DNA of 64,000 bases from Macrostomum hystrix (taxonomy: Eukaryota > Animalia > Platyhelminthes). The stretch covers positions 15,562,001 to 15,626,000 of the forward strand of contig CATNEN010000001.1 in assembly GCA_950097015.1 (NCBI GenBank). Direction: 5' to 3'. Within the stretch, counting starts at the first letter, position 1. The number at the start of each line of letters is the position of its first letter. This document shows, one piece after another, positions 47,362-60,159 of this stretch. The notes beneath the pieces were generated by a model. It was not told the origin of the DNA and made no database searches. It saw only the letters and a list, made by a program, of their open reading frames with translations. Both the position numbers and the translations under genes were made by a program.

Positions 47362-50300
47362 GCGCTCTAGTCGAATAGCAAGAAACTATAGCTAGATAAT
47401 AGTTTTCAGAGAACTTCTAACTAAAAATTGAGGCGCTTAAAATTGGTGGAACGACTGCAATGCAGCTAGTCTCAAGACTATATAAAAAGCCAAGATGTCG
47501 GCTTGGCTCACTCTATACTTATCTGGACCCCCCAATGTGCAACTTGCCCAACCCCCGTAGTCAGCTTTTCTTATCCAAGCACGTGCACAATAGATTGGTC
47601 ACCTTTTGCACAATTGCCATTCTCTTCCAACTTTACCCCACTTGTCCTCCACTGCAGCAACAACACAAAAGATTCTAGTACGAGCTGTTATAAAATGATT
47701 CAATGTCGCAATAGCTTTGTTGCCTTTTCTACGAGCTGCGCAGTGCTCTATCTAATTAGTCGTATGCCTAACTATAGCTGCATGATTCAATTTCATTTGG
47801 TTTTCACATCTTCGTCTGAACTCATGCGCAAGCAGCTATAGTTGCTCTCTCCCCCCTCTCTCTGCTTGTCTCTGTTTTAATGCGACAGTTCTGATTTTCA
47901 ATATGCAAAATGTTGTGTAAGACAACATTCCGGTAGACATGTACTTTCATAACGGATTTACTTTGATTACGTCTAGGTCAGCAGTCCACGTGCGTCAGCA
48001 GCAGGACGTCTGGACAGACTCGGGGCAGTGCTCTTCGGCCAGAGGTGGGCCCTCTCGTACAGGGCCTCGGACCCGACGTTATCGCCTGCTTTGAAGTGCA
48101 CACGGAGCAGCCCCGAGTGCGCCGAGTCCAGCAACCGAGACCACGGAATAGAGATAAACAACTATTTCCAGCCGGGTAGAAATTGAGCTGTCCGCTGCGC
48201 CAGCGATCATGGCCACGGGAATTATGCAGACTGCGGCGCCTGAATTCCGGTGTCTCTGGATCCAGAGAATCTGTGACAAACTTGGCCATCGCAGCCACCG
48301 GGGCGCCCATTGAGATTCTAACTGGCGATTCCGGCTGCTGGTTTTTGGGTTCAGCTGGTGGCTGTGGCTGAGCTCGCGTTGAGTGAGGTTGCCTTGAGAA
48401 TCGGATGGCTCTGCCGATAACGGTCAGCGAACACGCTGTGGCGGCTTCGCTTTAAGAGACGGCTCTAAGATGTAAATCAAAACGATTTTGGATATGAAGA
48501 AGTGAGAATATTATTATAAAGCTTTAACACATTGTTTTAATTTCTCTGAAGCAGGAAGGCTTCGAATTTTCATTAAAAGTCTCAGTCATCGCTCGCTGCA
48601 GTACACCGGCCGGGAGTGTCACTTAGTCGTTTAAAAACTGGATAAATAAAACAGTGTGGAATATTAATCTATATATTGTTTTAGTTTTAACCATTTTAAT
48701 ATAAATTTATGCTTTCAGATTTCTAGTCATTGTTTTCATTCCGTCCTTTCCATGTCCACAGAGGATTCCGCAAAGAAGCGCTTTGTGGCAGTTTCTGGCA
48801 ACAAATGGCGTGTTCATTGGCATGTCGAAATGGCAATACCGTATTAGGAATACCGTATGTTGCAAAATTTAATGGATTGTAATGGAAAATTTACAATCCT
48901 AATTTACATTGTTATGTGAAGTCAATTTGCCACAGAATTTTTTCGTTATTCCAGTTTTGGAGCACTCAAGAAGAGATACTACATATACATTTTAAATATA
49001 AATTAGTTTATCCTCTTCTGGATTTCTAAATCCGCACGGTGAGCGCTCGCACTTATTAGGCATAATGCCGATGCAGGGGCGTATGCTGTGGGGGGGTACG
49101 GGGATATATCCCCCCATTTCCCAAAATTTGGGTCGAATATTTTAGGTGGGAATTTCCATTTTCATTACTGTTTTGGCAATTTGCTGACATATGAGATATG
49201 ATTGAAAAAAAAATTCAAGATGCAATATACTTTTAAATTGCAATACATCTACTACATCTACAGTGTGCATGTACTACAGGCTAGCTACTTTATTATTATT
49301 CATTCATTGTATAGTTCTATGGGTTATAAGTGTATAACGTGTAATTTTCCAACGGGTTTAGTTCGTGTATGTCTATTAATTAAAACAAGGATACACAACA
49401 AACAGCACGAGAAAACATGTACTTATTGTACTTAGTCAATTCCCAGAGGCCTAGAGGACATTATTTAGTCCGGTATGTTTATATTTCTGCTGGTTATCCC
49501 CCAAACTAAATTCCAGCATACGATACGCCAAGTCTGTGCCGATGTCTTAGCTACACGTTCTAGCAATCCGCCATTCGCTGGATACATTTATCTTTCGTCA
49601 ACTGTAAAAAAGAAGGTAAGTGACTATGAAATGCATTTAATATTGTATATATTGTAATATTTTAATTGTAAGTTATGTCCAAGTGCATAACTTCAACAAG
49701 ACCAAGTATATTTGCAAGCTTAAAACCAGAAAATAACTGTAAGGCTAGGCCTAGTAATCTTGAATCTGACTCAAACAATTGCCTTTTGAGTTTTGTACAT
49801 GTCGCAGACTGGCAACTTAAATTGAAATCCAAATTTGTGGGCTTCTTTAACTCCCAAATTCTTTGGGTATTCCAATTGACTTCAAACCTCACTTAAAGTC
49901 AATGGTTGTGGTTCTAGTGTCTTGTGGACATTGTCAACCTACTGTCTTTTTTAGCTTACCTGTAGCTTTAAAAAATTACATGTTAAATATTGCATGCAAG
50001 TTTACTGGTTTTTAATGAAAATCTAAATTTAAACTAGTGCAACTTTACCTTAGGTTTTTAGTGAATTAAAAAATGTCATAGGGCCCTGTCTTCAAATTGC
50101 TATTCTGCTGTTTACCTCCAATTATTTAAGAAATTAAGGTTTATTCACTTTTTGAAATTTACTAGTGTAGGGCCCACTCCCAGTAGGGTTATATTTAACT
50201 TATATTTAATGTTTTTCTAGGTAGTGATTTGCATGTGTTTGTGCGGCAAGACACTTTAATACTAAATTGTCATTACCAGGTTAGATTAAATAGATAAGTT

Positions 50301-50753
50301 AGATAAGTCGGGTTACCAATCAACTAGAGTTGCCCAGTCAATCACATAGTCTGAATTCTAATATAGCTTGGCTTTGTCTCAATAGGGAATGTATGAAATG
50401 AGTAAGAAACTTTTAACACGAGTAAATAAGACACTTTTAAAAACAGGAGTGAGCGCATAACTCAGGTTGCTTTCTCCTCAATTTCTTGTATTTATACAAT
50501 AAAATTGGGGTGGCATACCTCACTAAAACATGGACTCATTTAAACAAACAGAAATGTTATGGTAAAATATTATATTGTGCCAATTGGCTATCCTGCATTT
50601 TCGTTCGTTAAATTATTTTTTCACGTGGAATTAATTTTACATGATCTCACGAGTTCAGCACAGGCAATAAAAAATATTATGGGACATGCAGAACACCCGA
50701 AAAGTTTAAGAAAGTTTGTTATAGTCAAGTCAGTTTAAACGTTAGTCTCCGGA

Positions 50754-51023
50754 TTACACTGGGTAGTAATGGGTCACCCAGTACAGAAAGTTGCCGAAAT
50801 GATGCTCATTTGGGTAGAGCCGGCGCCACAGGAACTCCTGCAGGTGCGACTCGAAGAGCCCATCGCTGGTACCGTGCCCCTGACGCAGCTTGGACTTGCA
50901 GTGCGCCCAGCTGCCCTCGATTGTTTTGGTGTGCACTGTCGGGTCCTGTGGGTCCACAAAATTGAGTCAATGGTTGACACTCGCATGGTTGAAGCCCATG
51001 GCAGCCATAGTCAGGAAGGTGTC
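50754..51023 (-). pseudogene. Merlin/IS1595(ISXO2)-family transposase 3' remnant
   Basis: GFNHASVNH*LNFVDPQDPTVHTKTIEGSWAHCKSKLRQGHGTS..FESHLQEFLWRR matches the VNHS..FVDP..HT..IE..W...YL.EF.WR signature. It has an in-frame TGA and is cut at 51024 by the hAT terminus. Confidence 0.85.
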
Positions 51024-54000
51024 CAGTGTACGCCGGAATGAAAATTAAGAAAAAATGTTGTGTACGCCAAAATTAAAAAGCCCTAAAAAAGCGCTTTTTG
51101 ATGTACGCTAAAATTGAATAGCCCAAAAAAGCATACGCCAAAATTGAGGACCCAAAAAAACGCAGCAATTTACAGATTTAAAATTTACGTATTAATTACC
51201 CATTAAAAAGTTCATTTGTTTTCAGACAACGATTGTGACAGAGACTTATCGGCTCTGACGAACGGACACCGACTACCCTGTTCCCGGCACCGATCAATCA
51301 CTTTGCTAGATTCATACTTCTTGCAAGCGCGGGCTTTGGGGTCGAAGAAGAGTGGTCCACGGTGTTGCCGCAAGCTTCTTTGACTGTCACCAGTGTAATA
51401 AAGTTTCGCAGCTCGTCCCAAGAGTCGCTCATTGGCACTGGTACCCACTGGCGGCAGCATCCAGCGCAGCTTCGTTCTTACCTCGAGCGTGTCGTTGAGC
51501 TGACCGCCGATTTTTTGCTGCGAGCGCATTGTCGCGTAGTAGGATTCGACAATCGCTTCTAAAAAAACGAAAGTTTCCATAATTACAAAGTATTAAAATT
51601 CTGCATACCTAAAACTTTTCAGACTAGCTCATGCTCACCTGTGCCGCCGCGGTGAAGAGCAAAGTCGAGCAACAGACACGTGGCTTGACCAGCGCGGGAA
51701 TAAACCCGAGGGTCCTTGTAAAAAGCCGCGTATACTGCTGACTCGTTAAGCGTGGCGCAGACAGACTCGCCTGGCTCTGTAGTCAGTCGCAGTCGAAGCG
51801 CCAGATCGCCTGACTTGCGGGGTTCCGCAGAGACCTTAATAATGCGACCCTGTACAGCAGGTGTGAGCCAGTTATCTTGGCCGTCGCCTGAGATGAATGC
51901 CTCGTGAATAGTCGTGATAAAAGCCTCCAAATACTTCCGTGATAGGGACGACTTCACGTGCGGTGCGAGACGCTCGTGCTTTTCAGCAAGGCGGACGAGG
52001 TGCTTCATCTCAACGGCATGAGTTGCATTCTCGACTGCCTCTTCGATGTCCTCGGCAGTCAACAGGCTAACGGCAGATGCTGCATCCAGGACAATTGACG
52101 GATCCCTGACGCAGCATTTCTCCAATCGCGCAAGAAAGGAGCGGTGCAGGCTTGAAGCCAACTGGACTAGGTCCTGGAGAGAATTATAAATATATATAAG
52201 TGCGTTAATACACTAATCATGACATGACAGAAGTTTATACTTTTACACAGTAGCGGTGTTAAAACTCAGAGTTAAAAATTACCCGCTCCATATCCTGGGA
52301 CTCTCGGAGTTGCCAGTCGACCCTGCTGCTTGGCCTACCGGTGCGTTGGTTGCCTCGAGCGGTCACCGTGGGCTTGTCCGGCAGTACAAGCCATCCGCCC
52401 ATCAATTCGACCGATTTGAATGAGCCTCCCGGTTTGATGGACTCATAGAAGGGCTGTAAAAATTGAAGTGAAGTAGGAAAGAAATGAATACGCAAATTTA
52501 AGCCCTTTAAATATAATTTAAGCCCTTACATATAGGCCCAAATCATTTACCTGCAGTCGTGGGTAATCCTCAACTCGGAAAACCTCTGAGCGATTAGCAA
52601 AATGCTTCGCTACCCGATCGGCCAGCACGGAAACCTTCCAGTGAGGAAACTGGAGGTTCTGAGCCACTTCCATCAGGGAGACTAGTGGACCAAAAAGGTC
52701 CTGCAGGCACAGCAAGTCAAAAACGAAGTCGCTTCCGAACATTGCATATTGCGACTCTTCGTCATCAGAGCAGCACGGATTTTCTGCTCGAAATGCGGTG
52801 TGCAGAGCGGCGTAAGTTGCCTCAATGGCGGACCACTGTCTAAAAAAAGAAGCGTAGTGGGAGGACATTAAATAAATTTTTTTTACGCTTTTCATCACCA
52901 TTTTTATTAGACTATTTATTGATAATAGCTGGTACTTACTTGATTGCAGAGCTCGTGAAACGCTGGGCTGCGAAATGCGACATCGCTCGAGCTGAACCGT
53001 CTGACGCCTCTTTCAGTGCTGCCTTACCACGACCATGGCTGAAATAAGTAGCAAAAAAATTCGCTCGCTTTATAAACCGGCGCAATGACTCCCCATCAGG
53101 TCCATCGCGAACATCAGTGACGGCCAGATTCAAGTAGTGTGCCGCATCCCACATCACAGGAATCTTTTCGACGTCATCGACAGGGGCCCCGAGCTCGGTC
53201 CGAATAGCGCGGCAGAATGTGCCAGCTTGGTACTGGCCATCAGCGACGATACCCATGATGCTTGCAGTGGGCGTCTTCAACACCTGATAGATTCAAAATG
53301 ATAAAATTAAGCACTCGTCTAATTTAAAGTTTAAAACTGTTAGAATCCCTTCAATCGTCCAAAAAATAATACGTTAGTGACGGTTACCTTAAGTGTCTGC
53401 ATTAGTCTTTTGGCCAGGGCTTCCCCATCTGCTTGCATTGCAAAGTCGTACACAGCAGGTGCACCCGCAGGAATCGCTACGGCTTCGCCATTTTCGCAGC
53501 GAGCTAGAAGGAGTGCCGCCTGATTCGTTGTGCGGCCTGGGGTGCTTTTGTCGCAGGTGATGGTCAGCAGAGGCGGCTGTCCAGTCGAAGGCAGAGGACA
53601 CCGCAGAAACTCTGCACTTTCGTCGTTTACGCAGGCGTCTAATAACTTCCAAAGTTCTTTGCAGAATGCACTGTGTAAGGAGGGAGGGTAGGTGAAATGA
53701 CAAAGTTATTATTTATTAAGTATATCTGATTGCATTTAAATAAATTTATTTAGATATGTTTGCAGGTAAACTTACAAGCCATGGCCAATCTGACCAACTT
53801 CACAATCAGACGCATCGAGCAGACTCATTAGAGTCTCGTAATGCGAACCCGCAGCAGCCATTTCAATTGTCGCAATAGCACAGCGGAGAAGGGTGCGCAC
53901 AACCTTGCCTTGTGCCGTCTGTTGTACGACTTCGGTTCGGTAGTCCTTCACAGCCGAATAGTGGGTCTTGCTTGTCGAACAGTGGTTTACGAGTTCATTG

Positions 54001-54108
54001 CGAAATTTGGAGAACTCGTCCACACCACTTAGCAAACCTGCGACTCGTTCGGCTGAAAGTCGTAGCCCTCTGCTGAAGGACTTATTCTTTTCAGTGGTGG
54101 TGGGGTTC
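51024..54108 (-). mobile_element. hAT-like DNA transposon with an intron-containing transposase (at least 7 exons, about 766 aa traced, 5' end unresolved)
   Basis: Phase-consistent exons 53776-54108, 53388-53670, 52940-53283, 52551-52839, 52283-52453, 51639-52173, 51212-51558 with no stops. Motifs: TITCDKST (D1), GIVADGQY (D2), WDAAH (C/DxxH), AQRF (RW-like), EAIVESYYA (catalytic E region). Terminus CAGTGTACGCC at 51024 with subterminal TACGC(C/T)AAAATT repeats at 51060-51145. Confidence 0.8.
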
Positions 54109-54659
54109 CTGGAAAAGTGAAAAGCTCGGTACATTAACACCCTAAGTACTTCTTTAAGTCTATCCCGTCTAAACGGACTCTACATACAGTACATATAAAA
54201 AACATTCGACTTACAGAATGCTGTAGATTTGCTCGGCTGTACAGTTGGTAGGCATCAGTTTCGACTTGCTGTCGATAACCTCTCACTGTCTCCCCTGTGT
54301 CCGATAATAATGAACGTACACGCGTCCTAGTTATGCAACTCACAAACTGTTGTGGAATATTAAAAGTAGAGAATTTAGAATATGGAGACGGAGTTTTCGC
54401 AAGTGAGGTGGGGATCCTTTTTTCCTGATCTCTTCGGGAAGAATAAAAGTAATGGTTTGTGGATAATGGAGGCTGCGATTATTTTTGTCCTAGAAGCCCC
54501 CTCTTGCATACTACTGAAGTAAGGAGGGTCACTGTCAACAACACTATATAAAGGCACAGAAACCCACAGAAACCCACTTGCGGCCGCCCCGATGACGAGG
54601 GCGGCTGCGGCCTTGGCGAGTGTGCTGCTGGGGATGTGGGGGAGGGTGTGCTGGGCCTG

Positions 54660-54900
54660 GGCTGGGTTGGGGAGGGATGGGACGGGCTGGACCGGGGGGT
54701 TGGCCGACTGGAGCAGGGGTGGTGAAGGTGGGTTGTGGGCCTGGGTTGGGTTGAGGAGGGATGGGGCGGGCTGGATGGGGGGGTTGGCCGACTGGGGCAG
54801 TTGGTGAAGGTGGGTTGCGGGCCGTGAGCTGGTTGGGGAGGGATGGGGCGAGCTGGACCGTTGGGTTGGCGGGGAGAAGAGGGCGGACTGGGGCAGGCCC
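54660..54900 (+). repeat. G-rich tandem repeat of about 82 bp (about 3 copies)
   Basis: Unit GG(G/A)GGAGGGATGGG.CGGGCTGGA..GGGGGGTTGGCCGACTGG..GGTGAAGGTGGGTTG repeated. Strong G skew. Confidence 0.8.
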
Positions 54901-57199
54901 CACCAAATGAAATTGCTATCCCTTGTCTCAGCCATCCTATGATCCTTTGGCATAAACCTGAAGAGGGCATCACCCCATGAACCACCATTTGAATTCCCTG
55001 CCGATGCCCCACCTTGAAATCACGACCATAGCGACTTAACTACTAATTTCCACTAATGAAAACAAAATCTGCTCCCCCTTCCGCAGACATCGAACTGTCT
55101 CCGGGCCAGGAGGAAGCTTTTGGAGCCATGATACTCAATGCCCTGAAGGGCCCTGTCAGCCTGGCCATGGCGGCACCACTCTCGCCGGTGCGGTAATGGC
55201 CAAGTTATTGCGCCAGTAAGGCGCAACGAACACCAATGAACTATGAATAATGAACTAGATGAATCGAGTGGCACTCAATGTCACTGCCAGCGAGGATTCC
55301 CTGCTTGTACATAAAAACGTAAATATAGGTAGAACGGAATATAGGCAAGTCATTTAGCCTGAGTAATGTTCAAACCCTCTGCTATCTTCTTGTTCAGTTC
55401 TTTGATGATTGTGCTGCTCATACTTTACGTAAAACCTAAAGAAACATACAATCCCAGTTCTGACCACTAAAACTCGTTTCCTTTGTAGTGGTAGTTTGGA
55501 TCTATTTCGACGATTCATAACAAAGTCCCTGCTCAGGTACCCACAGCCCTCTTGAATCAAACCGACTGTTAACAACCATGTCCCCTAGCTAGGTGTCTCT
55601 TCCTTTTCTTCTCACTTCCCATGGAAAAAAGACCCCAATCGGTTGAAATCTGCTGCCCGTTAGGCCAATCAGATCGCTTCTCTCAGAGTTCTAACTATGT
55701 GCCCCTGTCGGCTTCTTGATTTACAACCACCCACCCTCAACAAACATTGAAATCCTACATGCATACCACCCCGCTCACTTTGGCGGGTTGTTATCCCTCA
55801 TAAAATAGAGGCCGACCTGAATTGAACTCCTCCAGACCCACCTGAAACAAGTGATAAAGGGTGCCATTCATAATGCGGTGCAAATAGAATTGTTGATAAA
55901 AAGAAGGTGCAAGCCCCAGTTTGCTGCATTTATCGAAACATCTCATGCAAAAACTTTACCAGGGGAATTTCACCCCACTAAGTGTGTTTTTGTGATTTTG
56001 ACTAATTTATTAATTTTTAAAAGGAATTTTGGCGCTAAGATGGCTTTTTGACTGAAAGAGGAAATACAACGACATGAGAGAGTACACTGTGCTGATGGTT
56101 ACTTAAAGGGGCGGGGAAAGAGGGGAAACAGAAAAATCGACAAGGGGGGAAGTGCATGCGGGGGGAAGGGTGACGGCTTAACAGTGATTGGGAGTCCTAG
56201 CGCTACCTCAGGCGGTCTCCTACCTCCTACATATGCGCTCCTGGGCGCCTCACTCGGCTACTCCTCCTTGATGGCAGTACTTTCCGCTAAAACCCCGCTT
56301 CCACCTTCCCCTTCCATCTGCCTTACCATCCGTCCAAGCGTGAGATCCCCAGGCGGTGTCTCCTCGGCAGGCCTGTCCTCGGTCGACCAGTGCCACCAGG
56401 GCACGTAATCCGATCCAGGCGCTCGCCGCAGGGTAACCTCGCTGCTCCCCAGTCTTCGCATCACCAGCTGGTGTTTCAACTCCGCTTCGCCAGGGATCCG
56501 CGCGGCCTGCAGCCAGGAGATAAGTTCTTCGGGCACCGCCGTACTTCAGTCCGCAGGCGGGCTGTAGGCAGGCCACCGGAGGTCCCACGGCAGTGTCGCC
56601 TCATCTTCTTCCCTTGGCGGGCTGGGGTCACGCTCTTCGCACCATGCCTGCGCCAGCCACCGGGCTTCGGCCAAGCGGAAGGCTATGGCGAGGTCAACGC
56701 CGGCCTGGGCTGCGCGGCCCAGCGTGGGGAGCAGCCACAGGCGGACCATTATCCACGTTCACTTGCAGGCCAGCTCCCGTCGATAGTCGGTGGCGGCCCC
56801 TTCTAGCCACCAAGCTAATGTTATTCCCACACTGGCCATCGTTCGCTATTATTTCAGCAATCTCTACTATCTTCTCACTAAATTTACCGCCTTCTACTCT
56901 CGCCTTAGCCTAAATAGTCGTATGGGGGAGAGGGTTTTCTGCCCTCGTAACCCGGGGCCTAGTGGGCAGGCGAGAAGGGGACGAACTGGCGATAAATGAT
57001 TAATTGGCACGAGTCAAAGTCAAGGATGGCATGATGGTGGGCCAACCAGGAGGCACCGAGGAGGGCAGTCACCCTAGACCATCAGAAACAGGGTGTCCAG
57101 TGCCAACCTGTAATTTGACCTTGACTGGCGCCTGTGCAATAATTGGGGTGCCATTGTATGCAAATAAGGAAAATTGAGGGGTCGAATTGTTGATGTATG

Positions 57200-59510
57200 A
57201 CCAAAGATGAAAGCAAGCCCGGGAGCACATTCACCATAGACCCCGTATCGACTAGAAGTTCTAGGGGCGCCCCTTCCACCTCTAGGGCGACCCACACCTC
57301 ACTGAGCTGCTCTGAGCGGTTGGGGCGGGTGCGCACTCGGGTGGGGACTCGGCCGAGTGGATTCACTCGGGCTTCTCGGGAGGCGGAGGCAGCAGAAGCC
57401 GCCGCTCCGACGGTCGGGCTGCCAGCTGGGTCGCGGAGCCGTTGGCCTGCCTTAATTGGCGGCCCCGCTCCCGTTTCCCACAGCCGAATCCGCACTAGGC
57501 TCCCTGGCGGCCCCCTGCTCCGCGCGCTTGGGGTGCCATTGGTGCCCAGTTGGATGCGGGCAAAGGGGGTAGATGGGATTGGGCTTGGGCTCCCGCACCT
57601 GCTGAGCAATCTCAGCGAGCTGCTGGGTCACCTTCGCTAGCTCCTCCGTGAGTCGGTGCTGCTGCTCTTGTTGGGCAGCCACGGTCTCGCCAAGCCGGTC
57701 CTGACCTTCGTCTGGCTCCGCCCTGACCTGGCGCACCCGACGGCGAGGGTCACCAGGGTGACCGCGCTCCAGTAACTTTTTTCTTCCCTGACTAAACTAA
57801 ATTTTCCCTGACACACTAAAAGTAATATAAGAAGCTCAGTGATAGTTGTGCACAATAATTTTTGTGCAACAAACTGTTGCGCATTAAAAAGTCAGCAATG
57901 CTGATCCCTTAGTGTAGGCTTCGAGGACAAGCGCATCAAAATCCGCTTGAGCCGGTGATGAGGATGGTGGGTCACTATCCAATTCTGCCACCAGCACAGA
58001 AAGCTGCAAGCAACGAGATCCACGAACAAATGGATAGTTTAGTACGCATCTCTTCAGAAGATGCTTTGCTGTAGCGGTAACAAATGACTTGACATCCTTT
58101 CGAAAGCCAAGAATCTGGAGCTCGCTGACACCAGACTTCTGCAGGAGTGCCTGGGCAGCTGTACCAACATTAGTTAAACCAGCAGGCAGAAAATTGGCCT
58201 CGTCCTCGAAGACACCAGCTTGGTGAATAGCAAACTGATACAGTTGACAACAGCTTCAGAGCGGGAGGCTTCAAGACTGTATGAAGCAGGCTTACAAACA
58301 GTGCATGCACTCGGTCTGCCATGAAGGGCAGCATTGGTGACTCAGTTTGAAATTCTGTCAAAAAGTCGTTGAAAGGCTTGGCAATAAATAAAAAAAATAC
58401 AAACCTTGCCGCTTGCAATGGCCTTTTCGTGCAGGAGCTCAAAGTGGCGGTTGCCACTGAAATGTGCTTTCATTGCCTTATTCTGTGAAGCAGTTTGTAC
58501 ATAGGTACATAAGTCGGGCCAATTGGCCCAAATGAGTTTTTCCTTTAGCATGGGAAGTTAAGGCCGTCTTTCCCATATTGGAAAGTTCGACTTTCTTTTC
58601 GCAGCTTTTGCAGTAAGCTGCATTTCGATTGCCCGAGTAGGAAGTCACCCAGGAGAATTCCTCTTCCCACTTCTTGTCATAGTAAGTTGTTTTTTTTAAG
58701 TGGAACTTATAAAGCTGGAACAGGAAGGAGTTAGTAGTAAGGTGTACATAAAAAAGTTAATTATATATGTAAAATTAGCAAGCTATTTAGTATTTACACC
58801 AACTTATTTATACTACAATATTAAAAGTATAATATAAACCTAAATGCTATATATATTTATACCAAATAATAACAATAAATAGTGATTAAAAAATATACAC
58901 CTTTCTATTAATGGCCTGGTTAATATATTATCATAGTATGGGCTATATATTTTACCGTCAGTGTGATTAGCACAGCAATTATAGATTAGCAATATGTAGG
59001 CCTACAAGCCCATAACTTATTCATTTAAGAACAAGTATCTGCATATTTAAAATACCAGCTTTTAAAAACAAAAAATACATGGAACAAACAAAACAGATTT
59101 ACTATTCGAGCTACTTAGTGCTATCGATTAGCCTCTTTCTTGTCTCACAATTTTTTCTTCAATTTTCTAATTTACTTTCAAATTTTCCCTGACTTCCTAA
59201 GAATTTCCCTGACTTTACCTGACTTTCCCTGACCCCGGTCACCCTGGTCACGCTCGGCAGCCATATAGAACCCCTGCGTGGCAGCACACAGTTCGGCTGC
59301 GGCGTCCTCTGCCGTGGCGAACTCCATCCTCATGATGGGCGCCAGGACTTCAGGGGCGGCCACAATTTCTTCCATGAAGGAGGCCAAGAGGGCCCGCTCA
59401 AAATGCTCGCCGCGGCCATTAGGGTTGGCCTGCAAGGCGGCGGTCCGCAGTCGGTCTGCGAATAAGGCGTAGGTTTCCTCCCGTCCCTGATTCAAGAAAT
59501 TTCGGGAATC
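57200..59510 (-). mobile_element. LTR retrotransposon (Ty3/gypsy-like) gag and protease remnant, interrupted by the 57754-59246 element
   Basis: Capsid-like NQGREETYALFADRLRTAALQA (59247-59510) rejoins in frame with coiled-coil ORF 57452-57753 once the insert is removed. Retropepsin motif LEVEGAPLELLVDTGSMVNVL at about 57215-57290. No RT or integrase seen. Confidence 0.75.
57754..59246 (-). mobile_element. Internally deleted hAT-superfamily DNA transposon with 5-bp TSD (hAT5-like)
   Basis: TIRs CAGGGTGACCG (57754) and CGGTCACCCTG (ends 59246). TSD GTCAC at 57749-57753 and 59247-59251. Subterminal TTCCCTGAC repeats at both ends. Internal zinc-finger remnant (WEEEFSWV..AYCKSCEKKVELSNMGKTALTSHAKGKTH) and transposase fragments (FLTEFQTESPMLPFM). 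Confidence 0.85.
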
Positions 59511-60159
59511 CAAATACGAGTACAATAATCTAGAATTATGTTTTATTGATATAATAGCACATCTACATTAAAAATCCTTTCAATTTCAGATGGCTCAAAG
59601 AGATCAACACTGGACGAAGAATCTAAACAAAGATAAAGAAATCAAAGCGGCCATCTGCTTTCGCGGTCGTCCATCTTGGAAGACAGAAGTGTTAAACTTG
59701 CCTCACGACTTACAAATGGCAGCAGTGCACAATTGTTGATTTATTCTTCGTTTGGATGAAGACATTTGGCGCGAGCACAAAAAGATGTGTAGCAGAATCG
59801 AGAGAAGAATTGCGAAATGCAAATTAAAGCTCAATTGTTGGCTATTTAGTTATAGTTGGGCGCAAGTACAAAAATATTTTGTGTAGCAGAATCGAGAGAA
59901 GAAAAGTCATTTTTTTACTTATGATTCATTCATTAAGTAGGTGATAGGTAACATGTATAGATATAATAAAATTAATAATAATTACTTAAGAAGTTGCATG
60001 CATATTACATAGTCAGGCTTATGGGAGGTGCGGATATAAGCCAAGGTACAAGTAGAGTAATTTGGCGGCAATAGGTTTGGCAGCACACATATACTACATA
60101 ATGATTGAATCAGTTGGGGGAGCTATCAGCTACGTGTACAGTAAGCCAATTATCAGTAG

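Noticed and set aside
54375-55012. Proline-rich protein ORFs
   Set aside because: They are translations of the C-rich strand of the 82-bp tandem repeat and are open in three frames.
56250-57070. LTR plus PBS (minus strand ..AATAACA ttagct TGGTGGC) and downstream ORFs
   Set aside because: No second LTR, TSD or recognisable protein motif. Plausibly retroelement-derived but cannot be delimited. The same applies to 60498-61600.
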